From Nemertoderma westbladi (taxonomy: Eukaryota; Animalia; Xenacoelomorpha): 64,000 bases of DNA. Below, in pieces: positions 45,705 to 55,883 of this stretch. The notes under the pieces were generated by a model, which had not been told where the DNA came from, made no database searches, and worked only from the letters and a program-made list of their open reading frames with translations. The first letter of the stretch is position 1. Each line of letters opens with the position of its first letter. A program made the position numbers and the translations under genes. The stretch lies in assembly GCA_032718475.1 (NCBI GenBank), contig JAUCBJ010006629.1, forward strand, positions 71,242 to 135,241, read 5' to 3'.

Positions 45705-47005
45705 CGGGTTGACTGCGTGCCTAGCTGCGTGGCTGGCTGGCTGACTGCATGACCGACCGCGAGGCTGGCTGCGTGCCGCGAGGCTGACTGCGTGCTGCGA
45801 GGCTGCTGCGTGCCGCGAGGCTGGCTGCGAGGCTGGCAGCGATGCTGCTCTGACTGCGTGGTTGACCGCATCCCATGACTGCGTACACATCTGATTATAT
45901 CCGACTCACGATATTGTATACAATGACTTAGTTTGTTACTGCGGGTGCTGTTACATTAATACGGTGGTACCGGTACCGTACTGCAGTACAATGCTAATCA
46001 AAGGAAATCAGTATGCTCTATCTGATTATACTGTTACATCAAGAACAGTGACAGTACTGCAGTACTGTATTGTTTGGGTAGGGGATCTAATCCCTATATG
46101 TGAGACTCCTGCATGTAATCTAGGTTATGACAGCAGTATGCTAATCAAGGTTCGGGTAGACAGCAGTATCCTTATAGGTGAAAAAAACAAATGCTATTGC
46201 ATCAGATTACTGCTGTACTGATAAAGTGGATGACAGTTGTGGATAGGAGCTGCGAGGTTGACCGCATCCCCGCAACGTGGCTGACTGCATACACATCTGA
46301 TTGTAACTAGCTCACGATATTGTATACATTGGTTTAGTTTGTTACTGCAGGTACTATCGTACCGGTACTGCAGTACGATGCTAATCAAAGGAAATCAGTA
46401 TGCTCTATCTGATTATGCTGTTACATCAAGAACAACGACAGTACTGCAGTACTGTATTGTTTAGGTAGGGGATCTAATCCCTATATGTGAGACCCCTGCA
46501 TGTAATCTAGGTTATGACAGCAGTATGCTAATCAAGGTTCGGGTAGACAGCAGTATCCTTATAGGTGAAAAAAAAAACAAGTGCTATTGCATCAGATTAC
46601 TGCTGTACTGATAAAGTGGATGACAGTTGTGGATAGGAGCTGCGAGGCTAGCTGTGAGGTTGACTGCATCCTCGCAACGTGGCTGACTGCGTACACATCT
46701 GATTGTAACTAGCTCACGATATTGTATACATTGGTTTAGTTTGTTACTGCAGGTACTGTCGTACCGGTACTGCAGTACAATGCTAATCAAAGGAAATCAG
46801 TATGCTTTATCTGATTATGATGTTACATCAAGAACAGCGACAGTACAGCAGTACTGTATTGTTTGGATAGGTGATCTAATCCCTATATGTGAGACCCCTG
46901 CATGCATCAGATTACTGCTGTACCGATACCACTAGACAGAAACTACAGTGTTGGAAGAGTAAAACACTACCGGTACTGATAAAGTGGATGACAGTTGTAG
47001 ATAGG
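45705..47005. repeat. Polinton internal non-coding repeats: short GCGAGGCTG(G/A)CT units then ~2.8 copies of a ~400-bp unit
   Basis: TACACATCTGATT at 45884, 46290 and 46692; ORFs 46194 and 46584 are near-identical by-products. Confidence 0.9.
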
Positions 47006-47357
47006 CCTATAATTTATCAGTACCGGTACCAACAGGTTATCATTACACCCTATACAGATTATGTTGCATTTTCTGACTAATATTACTAGTCAACTACTGT
47101 ATGTGTTATTAGTTTGCGATGTATAGGCTGTTTCACAATACCAGTACATCTATATTAGAATGATATCGAGAATACTTACAGTACATGTTACGTCTACATC
47201 ATATTGTTAAATGTGTATGGTTAACCTAGCGCAATTGACTCTTTTTTAGAGAACTTGTTGTAAAAAATTATATTTTATTATATTTTTTATATTAACATCA
47301 AGATCATCACTAAAATAAAATTATATAATCCCATCACATTACATGCTTAGAGTAAAC

Positions 47358-47930
47358 CTACAGTACATCTTTCACCGCAGTTATTTCTTTCTGTTTATCA
47401 ATATCAACAGTCGCAGTTAAACGCTTCAATTCATAGCCCCCGACTCTTTTCGCTGAGCAGTACCGCAGACAGTTATCCTCTGTGTTTAAGTGAAACGCGC
47501 ATACTGTAGTAAATTGATCGTGGAACCGGCATGGGGTTAAATAATCGTGATATTGCTTATATATTCCCAATTTCTCCACCGAATTTGGCTCGAGAACATC
47601 GAGTTGGGAAACTAATATTGCCTGCTTCATCAACCCAAATACATGAATATTTTTTTTATATTTTAAATGTCTCTTCATATATTTTTTAAAGTCGTCTTGA
47701 GAAATGTCTCCATAGGCCCAGGGCAAGTGAGAAGTCATATCACGTAAATTGTTTACGTGAGCTGCATCTAAAGCTGATAATTTAATATTAGGCGGGCCTT
47801 TAATTAAAAACGTCTTTACATTAGTTTTGGTGTAATTAGAATCGAAAATAGCAAATTCTTTAAATACTACCGGATACTCCTTATTGTCTATCTTATAATA
47901 TTGAAAATCAACAAAAATAATATTATCCAT
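47358..47930 (-). CDS. DEDD-fold / Maelstrom-like nuclease-family Polinton protein
   Basis: IIFVDFQ...FKEFA...FLIKGP...HLPWAYGD...IHVFG..K and a C-terminal C..H..C cluster. Confidence 0.55.
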   Translation of the reverse strand: MDNIIFVDFQYYKIDNKEYPVVFKEFAIFDSNYTKTNVKTFLIKGPPNIKLSALDAAHVNNLRDMTSHLPWAYGDISQDDFKKYMKRHLKYKKNIHVFGLMKQAILVSQLDVLEPNSVEKLGIYKQYHDYLTPCRFHDQFTTVCAFHLNTEDNCLRYCSAKRVGGYELKRLTATVDIDKQKEITAVKDVL

Positions 47931-47961
47931 TTTATCTGATACATAAAAGCTAAATGATTAA

Positions 47962-48417
47962 TTACAAAGTTTGTTGGTTTAATTTATAATAATTAACAAG
48001 CCAATTATATAATATTATTTCATTTATTTCCACATTATTTGTAAACGCACTCATTGGATAGTTTGTGTCAATTCGATTTACTAAGTAATAGAGACAGTAC
48101 AGACCGCATGTGGTCCTCCTGGGGTCTTGAAATTGTTTGCGGGTAGTACGCCATCTTGCGGAATTTTTCTCAAGCCATTTTTCGATACATCTGTTTGGAT
48201 ATTTTGGTCCAAACGAGTCAAATACTTCAGCTTCATTATCTCGTATATATATAGCAATCCAATGAACCCCGGGTAGATGCTGTTTATCGGTGTTTACTAT
48301 TAAACCATAATCTCTCCGCTTATTATTATTATCTAATTTAGGTAATTTGTTAGCTGGAAACGCTCCCAAATAGTGACCACCCACTGGAAACATATCAAGG
48401 TCCTCTGTAGATAACAT
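47962..48417 (-). CDS. Adenain-like cysteine maturation protease
   Basis: VNTD...GVHW, FDSFG, Q...TTCGLYC (His-Asp-Gln-Cys). Confidence 0.93.
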   Translation of the reverse strand: MLSTEDLDMFPVGGHYLGAFPANKLPKLDNNNKRRDYGLIVNTDKQHLPGVHWIAIYIRDNEAEVFDSFGPKYPNRCIEKWLEKNSARWRTTRKQFQDPRRTTCGLYCLYYLVNRIDTNYPMSAFTNNVEINEIILYNWLVNYYKLNQQTL

Positions 48418-48419
48418 AC

Positions 48420-49679
48420 TTAATCGATATGTATTTCTTTCCTGCTATTTAAACTTAATGATTGATCATAAATATTAAAAACGATTACATTTATGGTCTC
48501 AACCAGCGGTTCGGCAAATCTTAATTTTAATTGTCCGTTAGTATATATCGAGGGTTGCGGATCTCTAACATAACCGTCGGCTGTTAGGTCCCAGGATAGG
48601 AGGAGGCAATTACCTAAGTAGGTTTCATGGTCTATATTATTTCCCCCATAACCGTTAATATATGTATTAATGTTCTTCATTAATTGTGTATACTCAAAAA
48701 TATAAGTTCCGTCTGTAAAATTAGGCTCGTATATTACACCTCCTACAGGAAGACCGTCTACAATCAGTTCCGCGCGTCTAAGGTTAAAATGTTCAAATTT
48801 CAATGGGTTACTAATTAATTCTCCTGAATAAGCGTTATTTGTTATGAAGCCAATAATAACTAATTTGGGTTTTTTACCATCAAATATGTTTGTTTGGGTG
48901 TAATTTGTGGTTTGAGCGGGAATAGTAAATGTAGTCACCTCTTTCTTTTGGAATTGATATTCAATATCGTAACTCTCTAAACCTTTTAGGTGACTGCTTT
49001 CTATTACCGGATTAACCTCCATTCTAGGGATTAGGATCTTTAATTCATCTAATTCTAGCCGAAGATTTGTCACGGCATTTGCGTTTGGAGTGATTTTAAA
49101 AATAAACGAATTTGATACTTTTCTAAAATGCATTCTTAAATCATACCCAGGTTGTATTATTTTACTTTCAGTATCAAAATCAATCGTCAACCCACTTACA
49201 AATTGCATTTGTTTACTAAAGGCATCGTCAATAGGATGCGTGCCGGGGTCAATTTCATTTCCATGTTCAGACAAAGGTTGTTGAAAACCACCCGCCCCCA
49301 GTAACCCGTTTTTATCCTCGTAAGTTGTAAATAATAAATTGGATAAGTACGACTTGTAGAAATAATGGTTATTGCTATTTTCAACCTGCTTCTCATTAAG
49401 GTCTATTTTAATATCACTCCACATAGTTTCAGCGGGGTAATTCAGCATATATATATGAGAGTTTTCAAGTCGCCTATCCCAGCGTACAGTACATTTTGTA
49501 ATTAATAACGCATCTTGCAGTTTCGTATAGAATTCATTGGATCTTGGGACAAGGAACGTGACCTCCCTAGATTCACTTCGGAGATTGGATACTGGGTAAA
49601 TTGTTTCATAATGCTTTGCTTTAAATTCAGTCTGTATTGGCTGTGTAGAAAATAAATCTAATTCCTTAATAATTGACAT
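48420..49679 (-). CDS. Major capsid protein (double jelly-roll, PY/hexon-like)
   Basis: 419 aa; ELDLF..QPIQT, YFYKSYLSNLL, IFDGKKPKLVIIGF, NPLKFEHFNL, WDLTAD, LRFAEPL. Confidence 0.9.
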   Translation of the reverse strand: MSIIKELDLFSTQPIQTEFKAKHYETIYPVSNLRSESREVTFLVPRSNEFYTKLQDALLITKCTVRWDRRLENSHIYMLNYPAETMWSDIKIDLNEKQVENSNNHYFYKSYLSNLLFTTYEDKNGLLGAGGFQQPLSEHGNEIDPGTHPIDDAFSKQMQFVSGLTIDFDTESKIIQPGYDLRMHFRKVSNSFIFKITPNANAVTNLRLELDELKILIPRMEVNPVIESSHLKGLESYDIEYQFQKKEVTTFTIPAQTTNYTQTNIFDGKKPKLVIIGFITNNAYSGELISNPLKFEHFNLRRAELIVDGLPVGGVIYEPNFTDGTYIFEYTQLMKNINTYINGYGGNNIDHETYLGNCLLLSWDLTADGYVRDPQPSIYTNGQLKLRFAEPLVETINVIVFNIYDQSLSLNSRKEIHID

Positions 49680-49681
49680 TA

Positions 49682-50245
49682 TTAAAAAATACTTTTTTCG
49701 CAGTGTTTCAGTTTGCCTTTTTTCATTTTTCTCTTTTTACTACGTCGATGATGTATGTTCATAGACATTGGTCTAGCGGGTCGCTTTAAATCTCTGTAAA
49801 CTTTTTCTACAACAGATCTGGTTGATGGTTTCATTTTATTTAATGCTTTATTAATAACTGTATTTGCCTGCTGATGTAAGACCCGCTTACCTTTTGGTAT
49901 TACGTGTTGTCTCATAAATTTTGTGGTAAATGGTAAAGCTTTTTGTAACACTTTTTTAGCTAATGGTTTACCAAATTTTTTCAATGTAGATAAAGCGTCT
50001 GTAAATATACCTTCCCCGTGTTGATTTGCCCGCATACCTCTAGGATAACGTTGAAAACGACGTTGTTTTAAGTTTGGACCAAATGCGTCAATTTGTTGAC
50101 CGTAAGGGTCAATATATGAACCACCTCGAAAAACAGGAACTTGCGTCGAGCCTCTGGTACTTCTTCCGCCTTTAAAAACAGCAAGATTAGAGTCTGAACC
50201 CCCATATTGAGGTTTACTGTATCTTTGAAATAAATCGGAATCCAT
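49682..50245 (-). CDS. Basic core-protein precursor (PZ-like)
   Basis: QYGGS, FKGGR, FRGGS and QHGEG protease-site-like motifs; K/R-rich C-terminus ending SIF. Confidence 0.7.
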   Translation of the reverse strand: MDSDLFQRYSKPQYGGSDSNLAVFKGGRSTRGSTQVPVFRGGSYIDPYGQQIDAFGPNLKQRRFQRYPRGMRANQHGEGIFTDALSTLKKFGKPLAKKVLQKALPFTTKFMRQHVIPKGKRVLHQQANTVINKALNKMKPSTRSVVEKVYRDLKRPARPMSMNIHHRRSKKRKMKKGKLKHCEKSIF

Positions 50246-50246
50246 T

Positions 50247-51092
50247 TTAATTTATTCGTTTAAAGTGTAAGGTAATACAAGTTGTCCCGTATTCAAAATT
50301 CAAATCTTTTCCTTGTTTGTCTGTTATTTCAATATGAATGTATGTTATCTTATATGATTTTTTTACAGGGATATAATGAATTGTATCCTTGGCAAATTCT
50401 TTATTTATTACGCTACCATATTTCACGTCATCAGGTATCGCCACGCGACGAAGTAAAGCTAAACCAAATTCATTAATATATTGATTTTCAATTATATTAG
50501 TAGTCACGTACATGTTCGACTTAGGTTCTGGAATAGAGTTGGGAGGTTGAGGGCATAAAAATACCATCTGGTAAGATTTTTCTTCATTTCCGATAACCTT
50601 TATTAAATAACCCTTTATGTTATTTTTCGTCTTCAAAATAATTTTAAAATTTGGATTTAAATTCGCGCCGAGATTATTTTCAGTAATTCCAAAATAATAG
50701 GCTAATTGTTGACCTATAAATAACTCTCGCACAGTTTTCCCTAAAATAAATTGCAACCTATTTTGCTGAGTATTTTCAACTATTTGTAATTTATCTTTCA
50801 ACGCCCCAGTGTTAAAATAATCTATAATGTCATTGATACTGTAGAACAAGCCGGATGGAAGTGTATCCTCAAAATTTTTTTTTCCTTTTTTTAATAAAAT
50901 AACATTCTCTACATTGTTATACATGGACGGCAACGTAGCTAAGTAAAATATACTTTTTATACCTACCACCCAGTTTTCGTTTGGATTTATAGGTAAGGCA
51001 CCGTGAAAATTGATTTGATAATTACTGGCGTTATTGCGAGGAAAATCAATTGGACATGAGTTACTCGGCAGCCTTACGTAGAATTCATCCAT
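50247..51092 (-). CDS. Minor capsid/penton-like protein 1 (PX-like)
   Basis: FYVRLPSNS...NNASNY, WVVGI, MYVTTNIIE, LLRRV, YIPV, ITDKQG, TLHFK. Confidence 0.85.
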   Translation of the reverse strand: MDEFYVRLPSNSCPIDFPRNNASNYQINFHGALPINPNENWVVGIKSIFYLATLPSMYNNVENVILLKKGKKNFEDTLPSGLFYSINDIIDYFNTGALKDKLQIVENTQQNRLQFILGKTVRELFIGQQLAYYFGITENNLGANLNPNFKIILKTKNNIKGYLIKVIGNEEKSYQMVFLCPQPPNSIPEPKSNMYVTTNIIENQYINEFGLALLRRVAIPDDVKYGSVINKEFAKDTIHYIPVKKSYKITYIHIEITDKQGKDLNFEYGTTCITLHFKRIN

Positions 51093-51957
51093 CGCTACCA
51101 CCACGTATTAACTTAAGTGTTACAACAGTGCGACCTCCGTTGAAGTTAATTAGTTGCCCCTGTCCGTCACGTAAAGTAATTAATATTGTTTTTAGTTTTT
51201 TATTCAACAAAGGATAATAGCAAATGCTCTCGTATTCGTGATTAATATATTTTCGATTTAATTGCGTTAAAGGACAGGTTCTTAAGAGCGGTGCTAAAGC
51301 GTCGCCAACAAATGAGCTCTCAATAATATCTGTATATATGAAGATTGTATTTTTATTACGTGTTATATTCGTGGGATTAGGAAAATCTAAAATGCCAATT
51401 TCTGAAATTTTTGGTCCGCTATAATTTAAAATTAATATTGGCTGTTCTATATTGCTTAATTCATCTACTGTAGTGGTACTGTATATATCCCAATTCGGAA
51501 TATCCGGATGATTCTGATCCAATAACGGTTTTAAGCCTAGAATTTGTATTAAATCACCGCGGAGACTTAATTGTATTTTTTTCAACTTTTTAGGAAATTT
51601 AAATTTAATTCTAGAATTATTTGTATAAAAAATGAATTCGAAATCTCTATATTTCGCTTCAGAATTAAACAGTTTATTTATATCATCAATAATGACTTGA
51701 ATAGAGTTATGCATACCAGGAAATAAACTGAATAATTTAGCATCTTTTGCATCGACGCCGATTGACAGCGAGATTTGAGTTTGCAGCGTAATATTACTGT
51801 ATGTTGCTTGATATTGAAGTTCGGCAAGACCAATTTTGGCGTTTGGACCAATATATAATTCTTCGGCTAAATCAACAGTAAACTCGCTAGGATTATTATT
51901 GGGGTAAGTGCTTAATGAACTATCTGACAGTAGAGTGATATATGTATCTGTGGCCAT
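51085..51957 (-). CDS. Minor capsid/penton-like protein 2 (PX-like paralog)
   Basis: YITLLSDSS..YPNNNPSEF, IGLAEL, IFIYTDIIE..VGD..APLLR, YYPL, LRDGQG. Confidence 0.85.
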   Translation of the reverse strand: MATDTYITLLSDSSLSTYPNNNPSEFTVDLAEELYIGPNAKIGLAELQYQATYSNITLQTQISLSIGVDAKDAKLFSLFPGMHNSIQVIIDDINKLFNSEAKYRDFEFIFYTNNSRIKFKFPKKLKKIQLSLRGDLIQILGLKPLLDQNHPDIPNWDIYSTTTVDELSNIEQPILILNYSGPKISEIGILDFPNPTNITRNKNTIFIYTDIIESSFVGDALAPLLRTCPLTQLNRKYINHEYESICYYPLLNKKLKTILITLRDGQGQLINFNGGRTVVTLKLIRGGSDG

Positions 51958-52194
51958 TATTTAAGCTCGCTCTCTCTACTTGACTCCATTGTACATACAG
52001 TATAATGTTAAATAATAGACATCTGTGACCACGTTCATTGCCGCATCTTCTACAGAATATGCGTGGGATCAATATTTTACTGGCTTTATTTAAAGCGGGT
52101 GAACTATATAGTATAGTAATATCATTCGAGTTAATATTGATTAATTACGGTCATATGCAACCAAAATGAATTAATATACAGTAGAAACCTAAGC

Positions 52195-53283
52195 TTATTG
52201 AATGTGTTGCACCCAAGACTGTTTCTTGGATCCGATGAATCGGACTAAATATTCTTTCTTCCCATTGCGCACACGTTCTTTAAGTTTGCCAATATTTTTG
52301 TCAATCGGAAGATAAATATTACTGTTCGGGTGGACCTTTTGGAGTTCGTATGAATAAAATGAGCCTTTTATTATAGCTCCAGCGCTGTCCTTAATATCGA
52401 ACATTACCGCTGGTACTCTATCCAATCTAACACGATGAATAATAAATAATTCACGTGTCCATTGTTCTCGATAGCCTTTAGCAAAAGCAGTACGGGCGAT
52501 AGATAATCGTACTGTATCTCTAACTTTAAATTTTATTTTCTTGTGATTTATCTGTCTATATTTCCCATATAATCTATTCATTAATTCAGTTTCATTAAAT
52601 TTATTAACTTCAATGGGTGTCATTTTTATTGTTCTATGATACGACCTATTATAAGCTGAGATAAGCTTAGGTAAAATTTTTATCCAAACATTATTTCCCC
52701 TCTGAGTGAAAATTTTGAACATCTTTGTTTTTAATGTGCGATTGAATCTCTCAACAATAGCCGCCTTATTCACAGAGTACATTACGTAATACTGTATACC
52801 TAACGTATCTAAATATTTCCTTACAGATTTATTTAGAAACTCAGAACCTTGATCCGTGGCGATTCTCTTTGGTTTACCCTTTTGGAATATTTTTTGCAAT
52901 ATACTAATAATCTCAATACCTGTTTTTGTTTTCATACCATAGCCAAAAGCAAGCCGACTGAAGGCATCAATGCACGTCAATATATAGTTATAATTATTAT
53001 TTTGCGATTTATATTGCTGCATATCCACCAAATCTATCATATATATATCTTTTAACCCTCCCGTAAATATTTTAGATGTTGGATAATGTTGTCTACGTGG
53101 TGCGTGAAGGGTGTATGTATTTTGCCCGCTCAACCATTTCTGGGCTTGAGCTGGTTTGATGTTTGCGGCTTTTGCTAATTTTGCGACACTTGCAAATCCC
53201 GCAGGAGATGAAGGATCTAAATAAATTCTTGACAGTTTTTTGTCTAAGCTTCGAGTTAAAATCGGTTTCATCTTGCGAGGCAT
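52195..53283 (-). CDS. Retroviral-like (rve) integrase with C-terminal chromodomain-like tail
   Basis: DDE motifs IDLVDM / TDQGSEF / VERFNRTLK; YNRSYHRTIKMTP; EYLVRFIG...SWV. Confidence 0.95.
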   Translation of the reverse strand: MPRKMKPILTRSLDKKLSRIYLDPSSPAGFASVAKLAKAANIKPAQAQKWLSGQNTYTLHAPRRQHYPTSKIFTGGLKDIYMIDLVDMQQYKSQNNNYNYILTCIDAFSRLAFGYGMKTKTGIEIISILQKIFQKGKPKRIATDQGSEFLNKSVRKYLDTLGIQYYVMYSVNKAAIVERFNRTLKTKMFKIFTQRGNNVWIKILPKLISAYNRSYHRTIKMTPIEVNKFNETELMNRLYGKYRQINHKKIKFKVRDTVRLSIARTAFAKGYREQWTRELFIIHRVRLDRVPAVMFDIKDSAGAIIKGSFYSYELQKVHPNSNIYLPIDKNIGKLKERVRNGKKEYLVRFIGSKKQSWVQHIQ

Positions 53284-53334
53284 CTTTTCGACAACCACAA
53301 GTAATATGTATATTCAAATCTCTTATAAAGGGCA

Positions 53335-53508
53335 TCACCGTAAGAACAACTGAAATTTTTTTTTAATTATTTTCTTTGACGTTGATGTTTTGAAGGGTTT
53401 TCTTTTTGTAGTATTTACTCTAGGTATATCTTGTGGTTTTAAATCAGTAGCTAACGGTTTACTCGATACTAAATATAATTTTCTAAATGTTACTCCTGTT
53501 TTAACCAT
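53335..53508 (-). CDS. Small basic 57-aa ORF (not in the ORF track), possible shortened PW-like protein
   Basis: MVKTGVTFRKLYLVSSK...KKIIKKKFQLFLR*; fills the gap between neighbouring genes and is preceded by TAATAATA. Confidence 0.45.
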   Translation of the reverse strand: MVKTGVTFRKLYLVSSKPLATDLKPQDIPRVNTTKRKPFKTSTSKKIIKKKFQLFLR

Positions 53509-53516
53509 TATTATTA

Positions 53517-53900
53517 TTACCGTCTACGGTTAATTTTTTTCGCAATAGCCGCTCCAGCGGCAGCGGCCCCCGCACTCGCGGCAAGTTTCGCACCAATGCC
53601 GAGTAAGGGTATTAGAAACGGAAGTATGCCTCCAGATTGATTGCTTAACTTTTTTCTGTAACTTGATATATTTTTTGTCTTACGGTTGAGGGATTTCAAT
53701 ACCTTCTTATATCGCCGAATATTTCTAAATGAATGCGGGGTCAATTGTACGTTACCATTTAGAACATTTAATGCGGTATTTACAATGAGCCGTATTAATT
53801 CGTTACTGGCGGTATGGTTAATAAAATAAGTTCTTTGTTGAGGGGTAGCGCTGCGTAGAAATTCCAGTTCGTTTCGATATTTCTGCACAAGTCTATTCAT
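53517..53900 (-). CDS. Conserved Polinton virion-associated protein (PM-like)
   Basis: ALNVLNGNVQLT...YK..L..L, then QSGG followed by hydrophobic ILPFLIPLLG. Confidence 0.7.
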   Translation of the reverse strand: MNRLVQKYRNELEFLRSATPQQRTYFINHTASNELIRLIVNTALNVLNGNVQLTPHSFRNIRRYKKVLKSLNRKTKNISSYRKKLSNQSGGILPFLIPLLGIGAKLAASAGAAAAGAAIAKKINRRR

Positions 53901-53940
53901 TGTTGCAACATTATTGAAAATTGTTACAAAATATTAATTA

Positions 53941-54618
53941 TTAATTATTATTATTATTATTATTTTCGCTACGTTTATAGTCAATGTAATTTTTAATGTA
54001 ACAATTATGATTACGAAATATATCCGATCTAAATCTTAAATGTTCGGGTGTTTCCTGCCGTAAATCAATTAAGAAATGTGAAAATGGCTCAATTGTTGCA
54101 TCTTGATAAGAATCAACTAAAAATTTGGTCTGCCCTGGTAACATTTGCTTCGCGAAATTTAAAACCGATAGACTGTCTCTTGGATTTTTCATTAATACTA
54201 AAGTATGGCTATTAATTGATCTTGTGCGGTTATGCTTCCCACCGTAAAACATGTTTTGCGTTATAAAACAAATAAATATATTGGAATGATGAGCTACCTT
54301 AGTAAACAATACAGTTAATGCTGTACTGGACTCAGTTTCTGTTAACAAATCATCTATAATTAATAAATCTCGACTATTCACTAAAGTATCTATATTTTCA
54401 GGCAAGCCTTTGTAAAGGTGAGTAATACCAGGAATAGTTGGTGGATTGCTCCCGTAACAATATAATACTCGCAAGGGGGCTTCGTTGAAGCAGCCATTCT
54501 TGTGTTTAATTAAATTCCCCACAAAGGTTGACTTTCCGGAACCAGATGGGCCAGAAATTATCATACTTGTTCCCATTTGAAAGTTTAAATTATATGGGCC
54601 TGAATTAAAGTCAGCCAT
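53941..54618 (-). CDS. A32/FtsK-type DNA packaging ATPase
   Basis: Walker A GPSGSGKS, Walker B LLIIDD, ITQN, KNPRD. Confidence 0.95.
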   Translation of the reverse strand: MADFNSGPYNLNFQMGTSMIISGPSGSGKSTFVGNLIKHKNGCFNEAPLRVLYCYGSNPPTIPGITHLYKGLPENIDTLVNSRDLLIIDDLLTETESSTALTVLFTKVAHHSNIFICFITQNMFYGGKHNRTRSINSHTLVLMKNPRDSLSVLNFAKQMLPGQTKFLVDSYQDATIEPFSHFLIDLRQETPEHLRFRSDIFRNHNCYIKNYIDYKRSENNNNNNN

Positions 54619-54834
54619 TTATTATTATTATTAAGATATATCAACAATATAATATAATATAATATCAATATCAATATCAATAAACCATCACCATTACTAT
54701 GTATATAACAATAATTGATGGAACTACAATATTAGAGTACTGTATATTTAATTAACATATGACACCACTACTGTATGTGACGCTCGCTGCAACAAAAGGT
54801 GCTATTTCCAATTATAGTATAGACTGATGTAATT

Positions 54835-55287
54835 TCAAGCATGGTGAGCATCTTTATACGCGAAATAATGATAGGTAACATCGGCGGTTTGGAAATCACT
54901 TCCCGAGAATTTCGCGCTTATGATTTTTTTATGTTCGCTGCTAAAAAAATAAGGAATATAATAGCAACACCTTCGAACTACGTTTCTATAAAAAATATTC
55001 TCCAATATTGTAAATAAATCTCCAGGATCATTACTTTTCGCAGAAATATAAGTTATATTGCGAAGCTCTTTCCAATAAAAGGGTTGGTATCTTGCCAACT
55101 TTATATTAAACTTAGATATGGGTGCGCGACAAATAGGACAAATTTTAGAACAATAATTATTCATTTCGGAATATTGTACAATACATTGTACGCAAGTTGC
55201 ATGTTTATTTTCACATTTATAATAATCTCGATGTTGTTGCAATAAATTAGAATAGCAAACTGGACATTTTTCATTTAACATATCCAT
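54835..55287 (-). CDS. RING-finger protein (putative E3 ligase)
   Basis: CPVC...CENKHATCVQC...CPICR. Confidence 0.75.
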   Translation of the reverse strand: MDMLNEKCPVCYSNLLQQHRDYYKCENKHATCVQCIVQYSEMNNYCSKICPICRAPISKFNIKLARYQPFYWKELRNITYISAKSNDPGDLFTILENIFYRNVVRRCCYYIPYFFSSEHKKIISAKFSGSDFQTADVTYHYFAYKDAHHA

Positions 55288-55457
55288 CTTCCAAATTTTA
55301 AAGTAAATTGAAAATAATTACCACAATACACAACAACAACAACAACAACAAACAAAACTGTTATACTGTATATACAAATACTACTACAATTTTCGATTAT
55401 TTAAAAATAGTAAAATTTTATATATAATCATAAAATATTTATAATATAGGGGAAAAG

Positions 55458-55883
55458 TCAAGAATCAATGATATTATCCGATGATTCTTCAGTTTCGACA
55501 AAGGATTCTTTTGAAATCATTACAATAAAGAAAGACATAATTTCATAGAGGTTATGTCGATTTAGCCGTATTTCAAACTTTTCACCAGCTTCGTTGTATT
55601 GTGTAATAACAATAAACCCCTCTATCATGGATAATAGTAAGATGTTGATTAATTTTCCCTCTTGCTCAACTTTCCGGTTGTAATCTAAGAGATGAATACT
55701 ATTATCAGAAGCATCAATATCGATTGAGCTTAAAACTTTCCTGGCTTTTTCAGAAAACTCAATTTTATATTTATCATCTCCCTGACGGTAAATTGTATAA
55801 TCAATAACAATATAGACTTGACCATCTTCTGCAAAAAATGAATGCCTTACTATTGGCATAAGCATATCGGAATCGGAAGACAT
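55458..55883 (-). CDS. Hypothetical acidic Polinton protein (141 aa)
   Basis: ATG ORF co-oriented with the structural cluster; upstream TATA-like run (~55980) and CCAAT (~56050). Confidence 0.55.
   Translation of the reverse strand: MSSDSDMLMPIVRHSFFAEDGQVYIVIDYTIYRQGDDKYKIEFSEKARKVLSSIDIDASDNSIHLLDYNRKVEQEGKLINILLLSMIEGFIVITQYNEAGEKFEIRLNRHNLYEIMSFFIVMISKESFVETEESSDNIIDS

Noticed and set aside
45665-47080. Short ORFs in the Polinton internal repeat
   Set aside because: They derive from tandem repeats, mostly with non-ATG starts and no protein-like features.
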